DNA of 64,000 nucleotides, from positions 92,846,838 through 92,910,837 of the forward strand of contig NC_081359.1 in NCBI RefSeq assembly GCF_030684315.1, written 5' to 3'. Below the pieces are notes generated by a model. It saw nothing but the letters and a program-made list of their open reading frames with translations. It was not told where the DNA came from and searched no databases. Positions 39,718-51,920 of the stretch are shown in pieces. Each line of letters opens with the position of its first letter. Within the stretch, counting starts at the first letter, position 1. The position numbers and the translations under genes were made by a program. The stretch comes from Stegostoma tigrinum (taxonomy: Eukaryota).

Positions 39718-40850
39718 ACCATTGAATTAAAAGTTCAGAAGAGGCTGTTTGACCCATCAAATCTGCACCAACACAGCTACTCTAAATCTACAGATGTTAT
39801 AGCATTTCAGTTGCTTTTCCAAGTTGTGAGCTTTTCCACCTCAACTACCCACCCAGGCAGTGACTTCCAGACTGCCGCCACCCTCTGGATGAAAATTTTA
39901 TCCTTCACTCCCCTCTGAACTTTCCATCTTTAAAATTATGCCTCCTTGTTGTTGACTCTCCAACTGAGGGGAATAGTTGCTTTCTGTCCGATCTATCCAG
40001 GTCCTTCACAATCTTACAAACCTCAATCAGCTCCTCTGTCAGCCTTCTATACCTGATTGAAAACAGCCTCTCTTCATAACCAATCTTGCTCCATCCCAGG
40101 CAATCTGGTGAGGAACCTCATCTGCAGCCCCTCAGTGCAATCACATCCTCCTTATAGTGTGGTGACCAGAGCTTCACACTGTATTCCAGTCATTGCCTTA
40201 ACAAAGTTTTCTACAGGCCCAACATAATCTCCCTGCTATTATACTTTATGCCATGACTGATAAAGTCAGACCTGTTTTCTGTAGAATTTAGAAGGTAAAG
40301 GGGTGATGTGGCCAAAGTCTTCAAGATAGTGTCAGGAAAAGACTGGGTAGATAAAGTTAAACTGTTTCCACTGGTTGGATGTTCTAGAACTAAGGGGCAT
40401 AGTCTGAGAATTAGGGCCAGACTGCCCAGGAGAGATGTTGGGAAGCACCGCTATATCCCTCTTTTGAGTACTACCATGTCTTGTTGCTTCTTTCAAAGCG
40501 CATTACCTCTCATTGATCAGGTTAAAGTTCATCTGCCATTGACCTGCCTATCTGACCAATCTGTTTTATATCCTGTAACCTAAGGCATTCTTTCTCACTG
40601 TCAACTGCTTGGCCAATTTTCATGCCCACAAACTAACTGCAATGAGTTTTCTTCTATATCATTTATCCATATCAGGAGCAAATAAGGGATTCAACGCTGA
40701 TCCCTGTGGTACACCACTGATCACCAGCCTGCAGTCTCATACAAACAGCCTTCTACCACCACCCTCTGCCTCCTACCACTCAGCCAATTTTGAATCCAAC
40801 TTGCCTGGCTCCCATGTGCTTTTGTCTTCTTTATCAGCCTTTATCATGAA
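39718..40850 (-). mobile_element. Decayed CR1 fragments (mostly minus; inner plus piece at about 40267-40450)
   Basis: Reverse CR1 3' UTR at 39720-39900; gatccctgtggtacaccactg (SGVPQGS) near 40700. Confidence 0.6.
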
Positions 40851-41071
40851 TAGCAGGACTGGGCTGTGTACAAAATAGTGAATTTTTGCATACAGCAGCC
40901 TGTCTTTCCTTTTGCATCCAATTGGAATTAGGTTTGCATTTATGTTTTTACAATTATGTTACTTACCAATAACTATACCCAACTATTCCTGCTTTAATCT
41001 GCTTAGACTGCTTACTTCAATTGCATAAGAGTCTGTGCTGTTCTTTATTTAACAATATGTTCCAGAACAAA

Positions 41072-41380
41072 GGGGCGGCATGGTGGCTCAGTGGTTAGCA
41101 CTGCAGCCTGATAGCACCAGGGACCCAGGTTCATTTCCAGCCTCGGGCTGTCAGTGTGGAGTTTGCACATTCTCCCTGTGTCCATGTGGGTTTCCTCTGA
41201 GTGCTCCGGTTTCCTCCCACAGTCCAAAGATGTGCAGGCTAGGTGGATTGGCCATGCTAAATTGCCCGTAGTGTTCAGGGGTGTGTGCGTTATGGGGGGA
41301 TGGGTCTGGGTGGGATGCTCCAAGGGTTGGTGTGGACTTGTTGGGCCAAAGGGCCTGTTTCCACACTGTAGGGATTCTAC
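41072..41380 (+). mobile_element. HE1-like V-SINE, full length
   Basis: gggcggcatggtggctcagtggttagcactg (A-box), V-domain gtggagtttgcacattctccc...gtccaaagatgtgcagg, tail ccacactgtagggattct. Confidence 0.9.
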
Positions 41381-42472
41381 GAATTCCCTTTTCTCATCAA
41401 AGTGCAAGTAATACATTTCGCATTTCTACTTACCCCTTCAAATGGAATTCATCATCTTTTTGATGAAAATTTTCCCTGTTTCCGTTCGGTTTCATTCAAC
41501 CGCATCATTGGTTATGCAAAAGGATAGTTGATGGTTACTTAATTAGCACATACTGAAATTTAGATACTTGGGCAATTGGTAATTTGATTTAATTTTTCTA
41601 ATGTGGTTGAAGTTTATATTTAGATAAATGAATTTAATTTTCGCAGAATAAGACTGCTTATAAAATATGGAATTCTGCCACAATACTAACAAAGTAATTG
41701 CAATGAATGTGGAGGAGCTGAGAATGCAAAGTCTCTGGCTCTCTTTCTGAGAATAGTTCATATATATTGTGAAAGAGCTGTTAATACCGGATACAGCAGT
41801 GGTTCTGTGACCTGCTTTTGTCTTGCACTTCCCTCCCCCTTCCCCAGAAACCACCTTGGTGCTGTGTTGGGTGGAAAACCTGCTCTTTGTAACGTGCCGT
41901 CTTTCGGTCTCCCCGAGTTGCAAAGCTTCCTCCTGAGAATGGTTAAAACATCTGGAATGTACCCTGTGATACATCAGGGCAGTGCTTTGGAGGGTTTGGT
42001 CTCCGGAATCATCACATCGCTTTTGGACTTTGTCAGAGACTGAAAAGATTGCCGCGGGAATAATCAAGAACAAGCAGCATCCTCTTTATCTTGATGTTGG
42101 TGTATTCATCATTTTTGGATATTGCGTTTTTGTCCACCCTGATATGGCCTGTGTGGGTTTTGTGTGTTTCTTACAGCATTTTGATTTCTACTGCATAAAA
42201 TAGCATAATGTCAGAGTTTAAAGCACCTAGCCTTTAAACGTGTTCAAAATACTAACGGTAAAGGGATTTAACAGTGAATTTTGCTCAGCTATGAATGTTT
42301 AGTGGCCGACAGCATTGTCAAATATTCTAATGTTGAACTCCCATGATACAACACAGCTTCTGCTGACCATTAACTATGTTGTAAATGGAACAAATTATCT
42401 CAACACAATGTTGTTGACTTTTTGTGTAGCTACAGCATATGGTACAGTAGTCTTGTTTGTTTCCTCTTGTAG

Positions 42473-42611
42473 TGCTTACAAAATTATCATGGGAACTAGA
42501 GCCCTGTCACACGACAGTATCTTCATCCCAGACACATCTGTGCAGCAACCTGTTAAGCCTGTACGAGTGTTTTCCCAGGAGAGTGTCTCTGGACCTATCA
42601 AAGCTTTACAG
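42473..42611 (+). CDS. CRACDL: CRACDL-like coding exon 3 (AYKIIMGTRALSHDSIFIPD...PVRVFSQESVSGPIKALQ)
   Basis: ttgtag| acceptor, cag|gtaatg donor, phase 2 to 0. RALSHDSIFIP and PVRVFSQE..IKALQ are CRACDL motifs. Confidence 0.92.
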
Positions 42612-44049
42612 GTAATGATCAAGTAATATCTATGAACATATGCTTTAACATCATAAACATAATTTAATTTATTTTTGTGTGCAAGTTTGCCTGGGTGACC
42701 GTACCAAGGATTATAACCATAGTGAGTCGCCCTTAATGCAGTCAAAACCAGGTTGCGTATTAACTTGTGAATCCTTCCAACCGTACACAATGGCAGGCAG
42801 TGGGAGTGGGAAAGATTCCTGGTCAGCCACGCGTTGGAAAGAAATTGGAGAATTTTCTTCTAATTAACCTGTTCAGGTATGGACCCTGTACCATCACTGC
42901 CCATAGCTCCAGTCGACAGTCTGTGTATAAAAGTGCTTGCCATGTCAACAGGCTAGACACATTGGCAGGGGCTTGAGGTGTTCAGTTTGCTGTATGCCAG
43001 TGTGCATCGGATGGTGCTAACAGTGGATTATGGTGGCTCAGTGGTCAATTTCTTGCCCCACCCATGGTGGAGACCGTGGTACTGTGGGTCAGACCCCTCC
43101 TTTAGCTGAGACCTGAAAAAGAAATAGCCTGACTCCATTGTGAGGCCAGTCAGAAAATAGTCTTCTTTAGTCCATGGAACATTTCCAAAGAGCTCATTTC
43201 TAACCTTGCTTCACATTCTCATGAGTGTCCTTTCCATCAAGGGTCACTGAATAGTGATTAGGAGCAGGTATGAGTTTATATTCTAATTTCCAGGAAAGCC
43301 ATGCAGCAACAGTAGCTTTTTAGTTCAATTCAAACAATACTATCACTGCCTAAAAGATGGTTATAAAATCACCACTGTGGAGGTATGACCTAACACTGAA
43401 CACTTTTTGATAACCCTACCGTTATTTCCCCCATTTGTCACAATCAGTATTTCTGAACGCCCAGTGATCTGTAACTTGAGCTGAGGACAAGTAGGTATCC
43501 AACAATGGAGATTGACTCTGGCCCGTAGGCAGTTTACTCACATTAGTTATGCCGTGCCATGATTACTATGTCAATGTTAATCCTTATGGCAGATCTACTT
43601 CCCAGTAATGTCATCCCTTTTTTTTTTACTGCATTATGTTGAGCTACTAATCAAATAAACTGTACAAGCCTCGCCAATATTCAAGCTTGAAAAATAAAAA
43701 AAATCTCTGACCCTATTTGACAAAAATATGGGCATTACCTCAAATGCATTATTTATATGGCCCTTATTGACAGTTTTCTTTTGACGTAATTTCCCAATAT
43801 GTTTACTTATGAACTGCTTGCCTCCTGATGATTCTCCTGGGATAATGCTTATTGACAAAGGTAGGCGCTCACCCCGCCACACTCCTGCAGAGAAAATAGC
43901 TGAGAGGGCTGACGTAAGATTATTTGAAATTCATGTTAAAAGATTACTTGAGGTACAAAGGGACTTGCAGCGAAAGAAGTCTGATTCTTTGACAAGAAAC
44001 ATATTAATTCATGTGTTTATAAAACACTGCAGGTGAATTAGCTTTCAAC

Positions 44050-44900
44050 AATCACACATGTAACACGATGCAGAGCTGGATGAACACAGCAGGCCGGGCA
44101 CCATCAGTGGAGCAGGAATGCTGACGTTTCGGGTCAGGACCCTTCTTCGGATCCTGATCCGAAACGTCAACTTTTCTGCTCCTCTGATGCTGCCTGGCCT
44201 GCTGTGTTCATCCAGCTCGGCATTGTGTTATACCACCTTTATAGTCCAACAGGTTTATTTGAAAATACAAGATTTCAAAACCTCACAGATAGTAAGAACT
44301 GCTGATGCTGGAGTCGGAGATAATACAGTGTGGAACCTCAGTCCTTCTTCAGGTGTTAGTGAGAGAGATCGTATCAGGCACAGAATTTATAACTAAAAAA
44401 TCAAAGGTTCACACCATTGAGGATGTACTAAACAAACCCAAGATGCTGTTAAATCTTTAATCAGTTAGAAGGTTTTAATTGATTAATTTGTATATGTAAA
44501 TCCCTGAATTTCTTTCGAGTCATGGTCCTGAGAGAACTAAAGGTTTCATCAGTGTAAAGAAGGTCTCACACCTAACATACATTGTCTGACTTAAAATGTT
44601 ACCTCCTCTTTACACTGATGAAACCTTTGATTCTCTCAGGACAGTGACTCGAAAGGAATTCGGGAATTTACATATACATATTAATTAATTAGATTAGATC
44701 ATCTAACTGATTAAAGATTTAACAGCATCTTAGCTTTGTTTCGTACATCCTCATCAATAGTATGAACCTTTTGATCTTTCAGTTATAAATTCTGTGTCCG
44801 ATACTTCCTCTCTCACTAACACCTGAAGGAGGCCTGAGGCTCTGAAAGCTTGTGTTTTCAAATAAACCTGTTGGACTATAACCTGGTGTCATGTAATTTC
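44050..44900. mobile_element. Fold-back PLE family B insert with two nested family A fragments
   Basis: Arms about 44230-44563 and 44601-44885 are inverted. Terminus caaataaacctgttggactataacctggtg. Nested family A hairpin at 44061-44230 and fragment at 44286-44333. Confidence 0.8.
44818..44856 (+). ncRNA. Minimal hammerhead motif (family B), one core substitution
   Basis: aacac-CTGAAGG-aggcctgaggctct-GAAAGCTT-gtgtt with a 5-bp stem I (aacac/gtgtt). The opposite arm keeps CTGAAGA. Confidence 0.5.
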
Positions 44901-44933
44901 TAATAGTTTGAGAGCAAACCTTGACCAGGTTTA

Positions 44934-45250
44934 GGGCGGCACGGTGGCTCAGTGGTTAGCACTGCAGCCTCACCGGTCCAGGGACCCGGTTCGATTCCAG
45001 CCTCCGGCAACTGTCTGTGTGGAGTTTGCTCATTCTCCCCGTGTCTGCGTGGGTTTCCTCCAAGTGCTCCGGTTTCCTCCCACAGTCCAAAGATGTGCAG
45101 GCTAGGTGGATTGGCCATGCTAAATTGCCCATAGTGTTCAGGGGTGTGTGGGTTATAGGTGGATGGGTCTGGGTGGGATGCTCCCAAGAGGTGGTGTGGA
45201 CTTGTTGGGCCGAAGGGCCTGTTTCCACACTGTAGAGAATCTTATCTAAT
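44934..45250 (+). mobile_element. HE1-like V-SINE, full length
   Basis: gggcggcacggtggctcagtggttagc, ggttcgattcc B-box, V-domain, tail atctaatct. Confidence 0.9.
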
Positions 45251-46289
45251 CTTTATACAGCCACATCTAGAATACAGTACTATTAGACTCGTTATGTCAC
45301 ATTGCTATATAAGATCTTTATTAATATCAATATCAATGCGAAACCAAACAGCCTGCATCAGTGTTTTCGTGACTGAATTATCACTAAATCATTAGTGCTC
45401 CTAAATTCTCCTGGTGGTCGTTCCATCCAATAGCAAACCTGCAGCTACTCAAAGTGCAGTAGAATATGCAACCACATCATTTGGAATTTGTCCTCCACTG
45501 GTTGACTTAACCCAGTGTCCTGTAAAAGTTCATCCAGTGAGGACAAGATATTTAATAAAAGTTAAAGTGAACTTCCATGTTGACTGAGCACCCATGTGTT
45601 ACAGTCGGTAAACATCTGTCAGGATTAGATGTGTGGGAAGCTGTGGTGAGATCAGAAACTGGTAGATCCTTGTGTAGGGTAACATTCAGAATTTCACTTT
45701 ACTGACATAAGTCCTTTTTAGAGGTGACGTTATCCTTCCCTGTTTATTCTCCCAATCTGGGATATTGGGAGTTCCCTTACTACTCTGCAGACTATAGTAG
45801 GATCATCGATTTTAAAAGCATTTTTAAATCTCCAACAAATTAAAAACCTGTCAATTTTAGACTGGAAAATTTCAGCTGACCGGTAGTTCAGATGTTACTA
45901 TGCAGCATATACTCTGTTAGAACTGCAATCTTTCTGATCTGTTCTGCTCCTCCTGCTCTTCCACCTGCTCCCAACCATCCCTTTAATTGGCCAAGTCAGT
46001 ATTGCGTTGAGTTTTTGAGAGTTTTCGCAGTGAGGCTCGTGAGATTTCTCACAATATATTATGAAAAGTGCCTCATTGTTTCTCTACAACACCCCTAAGC
46101 TGTGTCTCGCATCCAATTTTATGCCCCGCCTGACCATGCCCTGGTCCCAGAACAACTTGCGATTCAGCAGGTATCGGCCAAAATGTGACATTCCTTGTGC
46201 TTGTGCCATCTTTGAAAGCCTGCTGTGCATCTTGATGGGCACTGTCAGCCCGGAGCCACCCAGCACTGTTGCTGACATTTGCCATGGAC

Positions 46290-46530
46290 GTGGCAGACAG
46301 GGGGAAATCACTTTGTTTCACAGACTTGGAGATTATACTGGACAGGATGTTGCCAATGTGGGACCTCTCCTTCTTCAGAACCAGCAGTGAAGGCCATAGC
46401 ACTGGGCCATGCCAGCCTGGCCAGAGGTTGCCACCCAGGTTGGAGCAGTGTCAAGTGGGACTCTTGGAGGAATGCCCAGCACTGTAGGAAGACTGTCACT
46501 GTCCTTTTCCCCTTCCCCAGAGTAAGTGTC
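46290..46530 (+). mobile_element. Decayed PIF/Harbinger Myb/SANT-like ORF relic
   Basis: Across frameshifts: CFTDLEIILD...PAWPEVATQVGAVS..WRNAQHCRKTV, followed by a gtaagt donor-like site. Confidence 0.5.
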
Positions 46531-46946
46531 ACCATCTTATCTCTGATACCTTGCACTTTATCTCTGTTATTGTACCCATCTCCCCTGCTCTACCACTCTT
46601 GCTGTTCCCTGTAACACCTTCCTTCGCTGACTTTCACCCACCCTAAACCCCTGACCAGACGTACCCTGTGTCCTCACTCACTGTGCCACCCACCCTTATC
46701 TCCTGCAAAATCTGCTCCCCTCCCCCATCTCACTCCATGAGGAAAATAACTCACAGCAGAACAGAAAGAGCCAGGACAGCCTCTGGTAGCAGAGGCTACT
46801 GTTGACTTACTGGGCTGAGATCCTGAGTGAAGAATATCTCCCTTGGCTGGCTTGTTGACTGTCATGACAAGTTTCTTGGGTCTTTTTCTGCACTACAGGG
46901 TAAGGCTGTAGTAATATGGGCCTCTAGTTCAGGGGAAAAGCACTAA

Positions 46947-48229
46947 AAGGAAAAGTGCTGAGATGGATCAGTTAAAAGACTGACCTTTGTCCCCATGCAT
47001 TGTGATATTTTGGGCCCTCTAGCCCTCACACCCTACCTCTACCAACTCCCCATGCAGCCTCAATACCAATTTATACCCTTGTGGTCCCTTGACCTCATGC
47101 CAGTCTATTGCCAAATTAGGGCCTTTCCATGCCCATTCACTGTGTACTTTGTGAAGAACTGATCAGCTACACAGTAATGATTGCATGTGCAGAACTGCTC
47201 ACAAATGCTATTTACAAATCTTCTTTTGAAAAAACTAATGTTCTTAGAAACCCTACTGGCGTGTCAATGAGACGGTCAATTACAGTATCAATAGCAGTGG
47301 TTTCAAGCATGTCACAACTCTTAATCTTGTACAAATAAACATTAAACATTTGAGACCTTGATAAAATATATCACAGGAATCAGACATCAACCAAGCAAAG
47401 ACAACAATTCTCTCCAGCAGTCAAAACAGAACACCTTTTGAGATAATACTTTTTATGACTCTGGGCTCTCAGGAAAGTCTCATTTTGTACTTTTTCGAGT
47501 AGCTCCACACATGCCATCATTATGTTAAGGCCTATTGTGTCTGTATGTAATTTAACAGTAAAATAAAGTGATCACAGTCTTGTCAGACCATAGGGCTGCT
47601 GATTCATTAGAGAAAAGTAGTGAGTTTAACCTGAGAGCCGTCATGCCTCTGGGAGGGGAGAGGTAGTGAAGGCAGGTGATCTGCCTGAAATAAAGCATAG
47701 CAGCAGGATATAACAAAACTGTACCAAAACCTCTTTCACCATCACTCTGAAGGCCATGAGCAGCAAGTCATGGAGGGGTTGACAAAACCTGACAAAAATT
47801 GTCAGGGATAATGGGAACTGCAGATGCTGGAGATTCCAAGATAATAAAATGTGAGGCTGGATGAACACAGCAGGCCAAGCAGCATCTCAGGAGCACAAGG
47901 AAAAGTGCTGAGATGGATCAGTTAAAAGACTGACCTTTGCCCCATGCATTGTGATATTTTGGGCCCTCTAGCCCTCACACCCTACCTCTACCAACTCCCC
48001 ATGCAGCCTCAATACCAATTTATACCCTTGTGGTCCCTTGACCTCATGCCAGTCTATTGCCAAATTAGGGCCTTTCCATGCCCATTCACTGTGTACTTTG
48101 TGAAGAACTGATCAGCTACACAGTAATGATTGCATGTGCAGAACTGCTCACAAATGCTATTTACAAATCTTCTTTTGAAAAAACTAATGTTCTTAGAAAC
48201 CCTACTGGCGTGTCAATGAGACGGTCAAT
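46947..48229 (+). repeat. Near-perfect direct duplication, 46947-47280 / 47897-48229
   Basis: Line-by-line comparison shows identity except one missing T (tttgtcccc vs tttgcccc). Confidence 0.95.
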
Positions 48230-48296
48230 GTGCTCCTGAGATGCTGCTTGGCCTGCTGTGTTCATCCAGCCTCACATTTTAAAAATTGTCAGGGAT
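47794..48296. mobile_element. Fold-back PLE family A insert whose centre is a copy of 46947-47280
   Basis: 16-bp TSD aaaaattgtcagggat (47794-47809, 48281-48296), perfect 53-bp inverted arms, 333-bp internal duplicate. Confidence 0.85.
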
Positions 48297-49215
48297 TGCT
48301 TAGAGACACCTATCCCTGTGATGACCAGGTCAGCTGGCTATATGCACCTTCTCCCATGCCAACAAAGGTTGGTAGTACTGGCAGTGAGGGGGGGGACCTG
48401 GAATTGGGTTCTGCCCACTTTTTAACGACTCTGAAGTTGTGACACTGAAAATGCAGGCGGGAGACCCTTTTGTGGTGACGGTTAAATGCAGGGCTGTCTC
48501 TTAAACATCTAGAAAGAATTACTGTGTGTCACTGTTTTGATTTTAACCAACTTTGATTTTTTTAATCTTAATTGCTGTCCAGCTATAATAATTATATGCA
48601 CTTTGAATTAAATCCACTGAAGGCTACATGTTGGCTGATCGGCTTAGAACAGGAGTCATTACAGTCCATCTCTGCATGCTGCTACAAATAATGCGAAATG
48701 GGTTGTGTGTTTTGGTTCTGAATTCAAGGCACCAAAGCAAGCTTATCAAAAGGAATGTAAACTTCAGGATCTCAAAAAGGGTCAAAGGTTTTTTCTCATT
48801 AATCTTCATGACTGCTGTGCAGTCATGTGTATAATGTTTAACACATGATCAAATCCATCCCACTTGTTCAAGATGTGTAAGATAGCTAGTGGGAACAACC
48901 AAACTAAGACATCAAAGGCCTTTAATAAAGTCTGAACTTTCTTTTATACAGAATCTACCTCCCTTATTCTTGATCCACCATCACTGAACATAACAATGGC
49001 GGAGTGTTCATGGCCACTATTCACTTTGAACAGTTTTACTTAAGAGTGGGTCTGTGATTGATCAGCTTTCATGTACAACTGACTGTAACTGATTAAAAGA
49101 TGTTTGTGAGGGCAGTGAAACATATAACAATAGGCCAGTCAGGGCTCTTGCTGATAATCCAACATTTAATTCTTAAAACAAAATCAAAATAAATTTCTTT
49201 TTATATGTGTTGCAG

Positions 49216-49377
49216 TTAAAGGTACAGCAAAACGTTAAAGTGGGACCACCCCCAACATTGATTCCAGCACCAAAGATGGATGATGCTGGTGCTAGTTCTG
49301 AAGACGATGGATTACCTCAGAGTCCTCCACAAAGCTCCCCTCTTCATGAAATCTCAACACCGAGCTACTTAACCAAG
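49216..49377 (+). CDS. CRACDL: CRACDL-like coding exon 4 (LKVQQNVKVGPPP...AGASSEDDGLPQSPP...YLTK)
   Basis: ttgcag| acceptor, aag|gtacaa donor, 162 nt, phase 0/0. SSEDDGLPxSPP motif (DUF4592 region) favours CRACDL over CRACD. Confidence 0.9.
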
Positions 49378-51120
49378 GTACAAAGCTCTCAATGTCTGAT
49401 TATTCAAATAATTTTAAATGCAATAACAAGACGACTAAGCAATGGCTATGTGATCCAGCACTCCCAGTGGGAAATAATGCTTTCAGGGAGTGCATCCTAG
49501 AAGACCAGGATGTGTGCATTACTCCTAATTGGGAGGATCTGTTCCTGAAGTCATTTTTTCTATTACATTGTGTAATCACAAGAGATTGAGTGGCTTATCA
49601 ATGAAACAGTGCCACTACTGGGAATCAAGGTGGGGGTCATTTTCAAGGTAGTGTGAAATGGGAAAATTCTGATCAGCCGCAATTTTACAACCCGACTTCC
49701 ATCTCTGAAAATAAGGAGAGGCATATAATGGACAGCTGATCCATTGTCACTCATTTTGCTGTCAAAACTATTCCAGTGCTTTCACTGAGAAAGTAAGTGT
49801 GTTTGCCTTTAAAATGATGCAAAGATTTGTCTTGGACAGTTAACCGACACAGAGAGAAAATGGTACAACCTGGGGACGGTGTCACGTGAAGCCTTACACC
49901 TCCCCACTGTAAATTCCAAATTTAAAGCAGACCAAAGGCAAATTACAAACTGTCCATTTTCAAAAAGAAATGACAAATTTGAATCGAAACCTTTAATGAG
50001 AACAGAAGGTCTCGACTCGCATCATTAAGTTGTCTTTTCACTTGTCAGGTATTGGCAGCTGCTTTGCATTTCTGGCATCATTTTCTTTCAGTAAGAATAT
50101 GATTAACATGTTGAATGAACAATATAAAGAGGAAGAGCTACTTAATTACATTATGCGTTGCTAAATAATTTCTTGCTACAACATAGTAGAACTCATCAGT
50201 TGGCTCCAGTCTGCATCTCTCCAGGAGGTTGCATGTGTCCTAGTCCATTTTTTTAAAAGTTGAATTTAATTGAATTTTCAATAAACATATTTGTGCCTTT
50301 TAATGCATCTTACATTATTTAATTCCCAGTTTTTTATTTGTTCCCCAGTTTCTGTTAAGTACAGACAGATGCTCCTAGCTACTAGCTTTTGTTACAATGT
50401 ACCTCCATTGTCACTCAAACTAGGTACTGGGCCTTTGCCAGAACAGGGGAGATCCTGTGTTAGAGTCAGCACCAGAGGCATCCGTTCCTGTGGGAGGTTA
50501 TTTCATTTTTTTATGCCTCTCACAACCAGTTTTGAGCAACAAAATAAATTTTTATACTGAAGGGTCCAATAAGTACTATCAGAATTCCAGCCCCCTCCCC
50601 CCAGGGCATTGTGGGTCTACCCAGCAGTGGACTGCATCAGTTCACAAGATGGCAGCTTAGCATTACCTCTAGGGACACACCATAAATGCTGGCTCAGTCA
50701 GCCCGCACCCATCCTGTGAGTGAATTAAAATGAAACTATTCCGGGATGAAAAGCACTTCACCTAAATAAATGGGAGTGCAGACTGGGCATGTGCATACCA
50801 TGTCCTCATGCCCTAAACAGTGGCTTTACATGGGCCAAAACCAGGAACTGGAATTATACCACGGCCAGTTTCCTCTTGGGTTGCTACAAGGAGAGGAGTG
50901 CCAAATTATGGAAGTACATTCTTTATTGATTGATTAATTTGGATCCCCAAGAGGCTGGAATGTATAAAGGCACATGTGTGGTACAAATGAGGAGCCTTGG
51001 TATCTATGGCAAGAAAGGGTACTGTTGTGGTGAAGTGGCAGTGTCCCTATCTCTGTACCGGGCAGCCCGTATTCAAGTTCTACCTGCTCCAGAGGTATGC
51101 CATAACGGGACTAAACAGGT

Positions 51121-51348
51121 CGATTAAAATAATTGTATCAGAGATAATGGGAACTGCAGATGCTGGAGAATCCAAGATAATAAAGTGTGAAGCTGGATGA
51201 ACACAGCAGGCCAAGCAGCATCTCAGGAGCACAAAAGCTGACGTTTCGGGTCTGATGAAGGGCCTAGGCCCGAAACGTCAGCTTTTGTGCTTCTGAGATG
51301 CTGCTGGGCCTGCTGTGTTCATCCAGCCCCACACGATTAAAATAATTG
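51121..51348. mobile_element. Fold-back PLE family A insert at the end of a short SINE
   Basis: 15-bp TSD cgattaaaataattg (51121-51135, 51334-51348); about 66-bp inverted arms around a hammerhead. Confidence 0.85.
51252..51279 (+). ncRNA. Minimal hammerhead ribozyme motif
   Basis: CTGATGA-a-GGGCCTAGGCCC-GAAAC-GTC. Confidence 0.6.
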
Positions 51349-51789
51349 CATAGCAGGAAATCAAGGGTGTACTTAATCACTAGATATTCTGGGCTTGATT
51401 TGACACAAGATGGGGAGGCTCATTAAATCAAGTGGACAGCACGTCTGCTGCCCTTCTGCCCATCCTTGCCCTGACCATAACTGGATCTTAGCAGCAGTAG
51501 TGTCGGGTGGTCTGCCCACTAGTAGTCCTTTAAGAGAGTATTTATTGACCATTTGCTTTTCCCTGTGCAGTCTACTGGCAGCCATTGGAGGATCTTTCGT
51601 GTACAGGCCTACTGAGCTCATTGGAGAGCTCCACGGTTTTACCCCACTGCAGAAAGTCCTCCTACCACCTTTCGCCACTCCCCTCCCCTGTCTCCGTGGC
51701 CTCTGAACCGTGAGTTCCCTTAAAGGGGTCTGTCAGCTTGGTGCCTGGCGAGACTCCCAAACATAACTTAATGAGCTGGACGCATTAAG

Positions 51790-51920
51790 GACTGCACATG
51801 CTGGAAGCTAGAGTCAAGTAATATGGGACTGGGAAGCACAGCAGGTCAGACAGCATCCAAGGAGCAGGGAAGTCAATGTTTTGAGCCAAAACCCTTCATC
51901 AGGACTTTCCAGCTCCACAT
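51790..51920 (-). mobile_element. PLE terminal fragment (family A variant) with decayed hammerhead at 51871-51906
   Basis: Reverse complement agtc-CTGATGA-agggttttggctc-AAAAC-ATT-gact: 4-bp stem I, GAAA mutated to AAAA. Confidence 0.55.

Noticed and set aside
41543-42073. 176-aa minus-strand ORF (also 157 aa at 3801-4274 and 147 aa at 59312-59755)
   Set aside because: No recognisable domain or splice support; 3801-4274 looks like decayed repeat sequence, and the others are compatible with chance.
41072-45020. tRNA-like sequences with A and B boxes
   Set aside because: They are SINE heads continuing into V-domain and LINE-derived tails; no complete cloverleaf.
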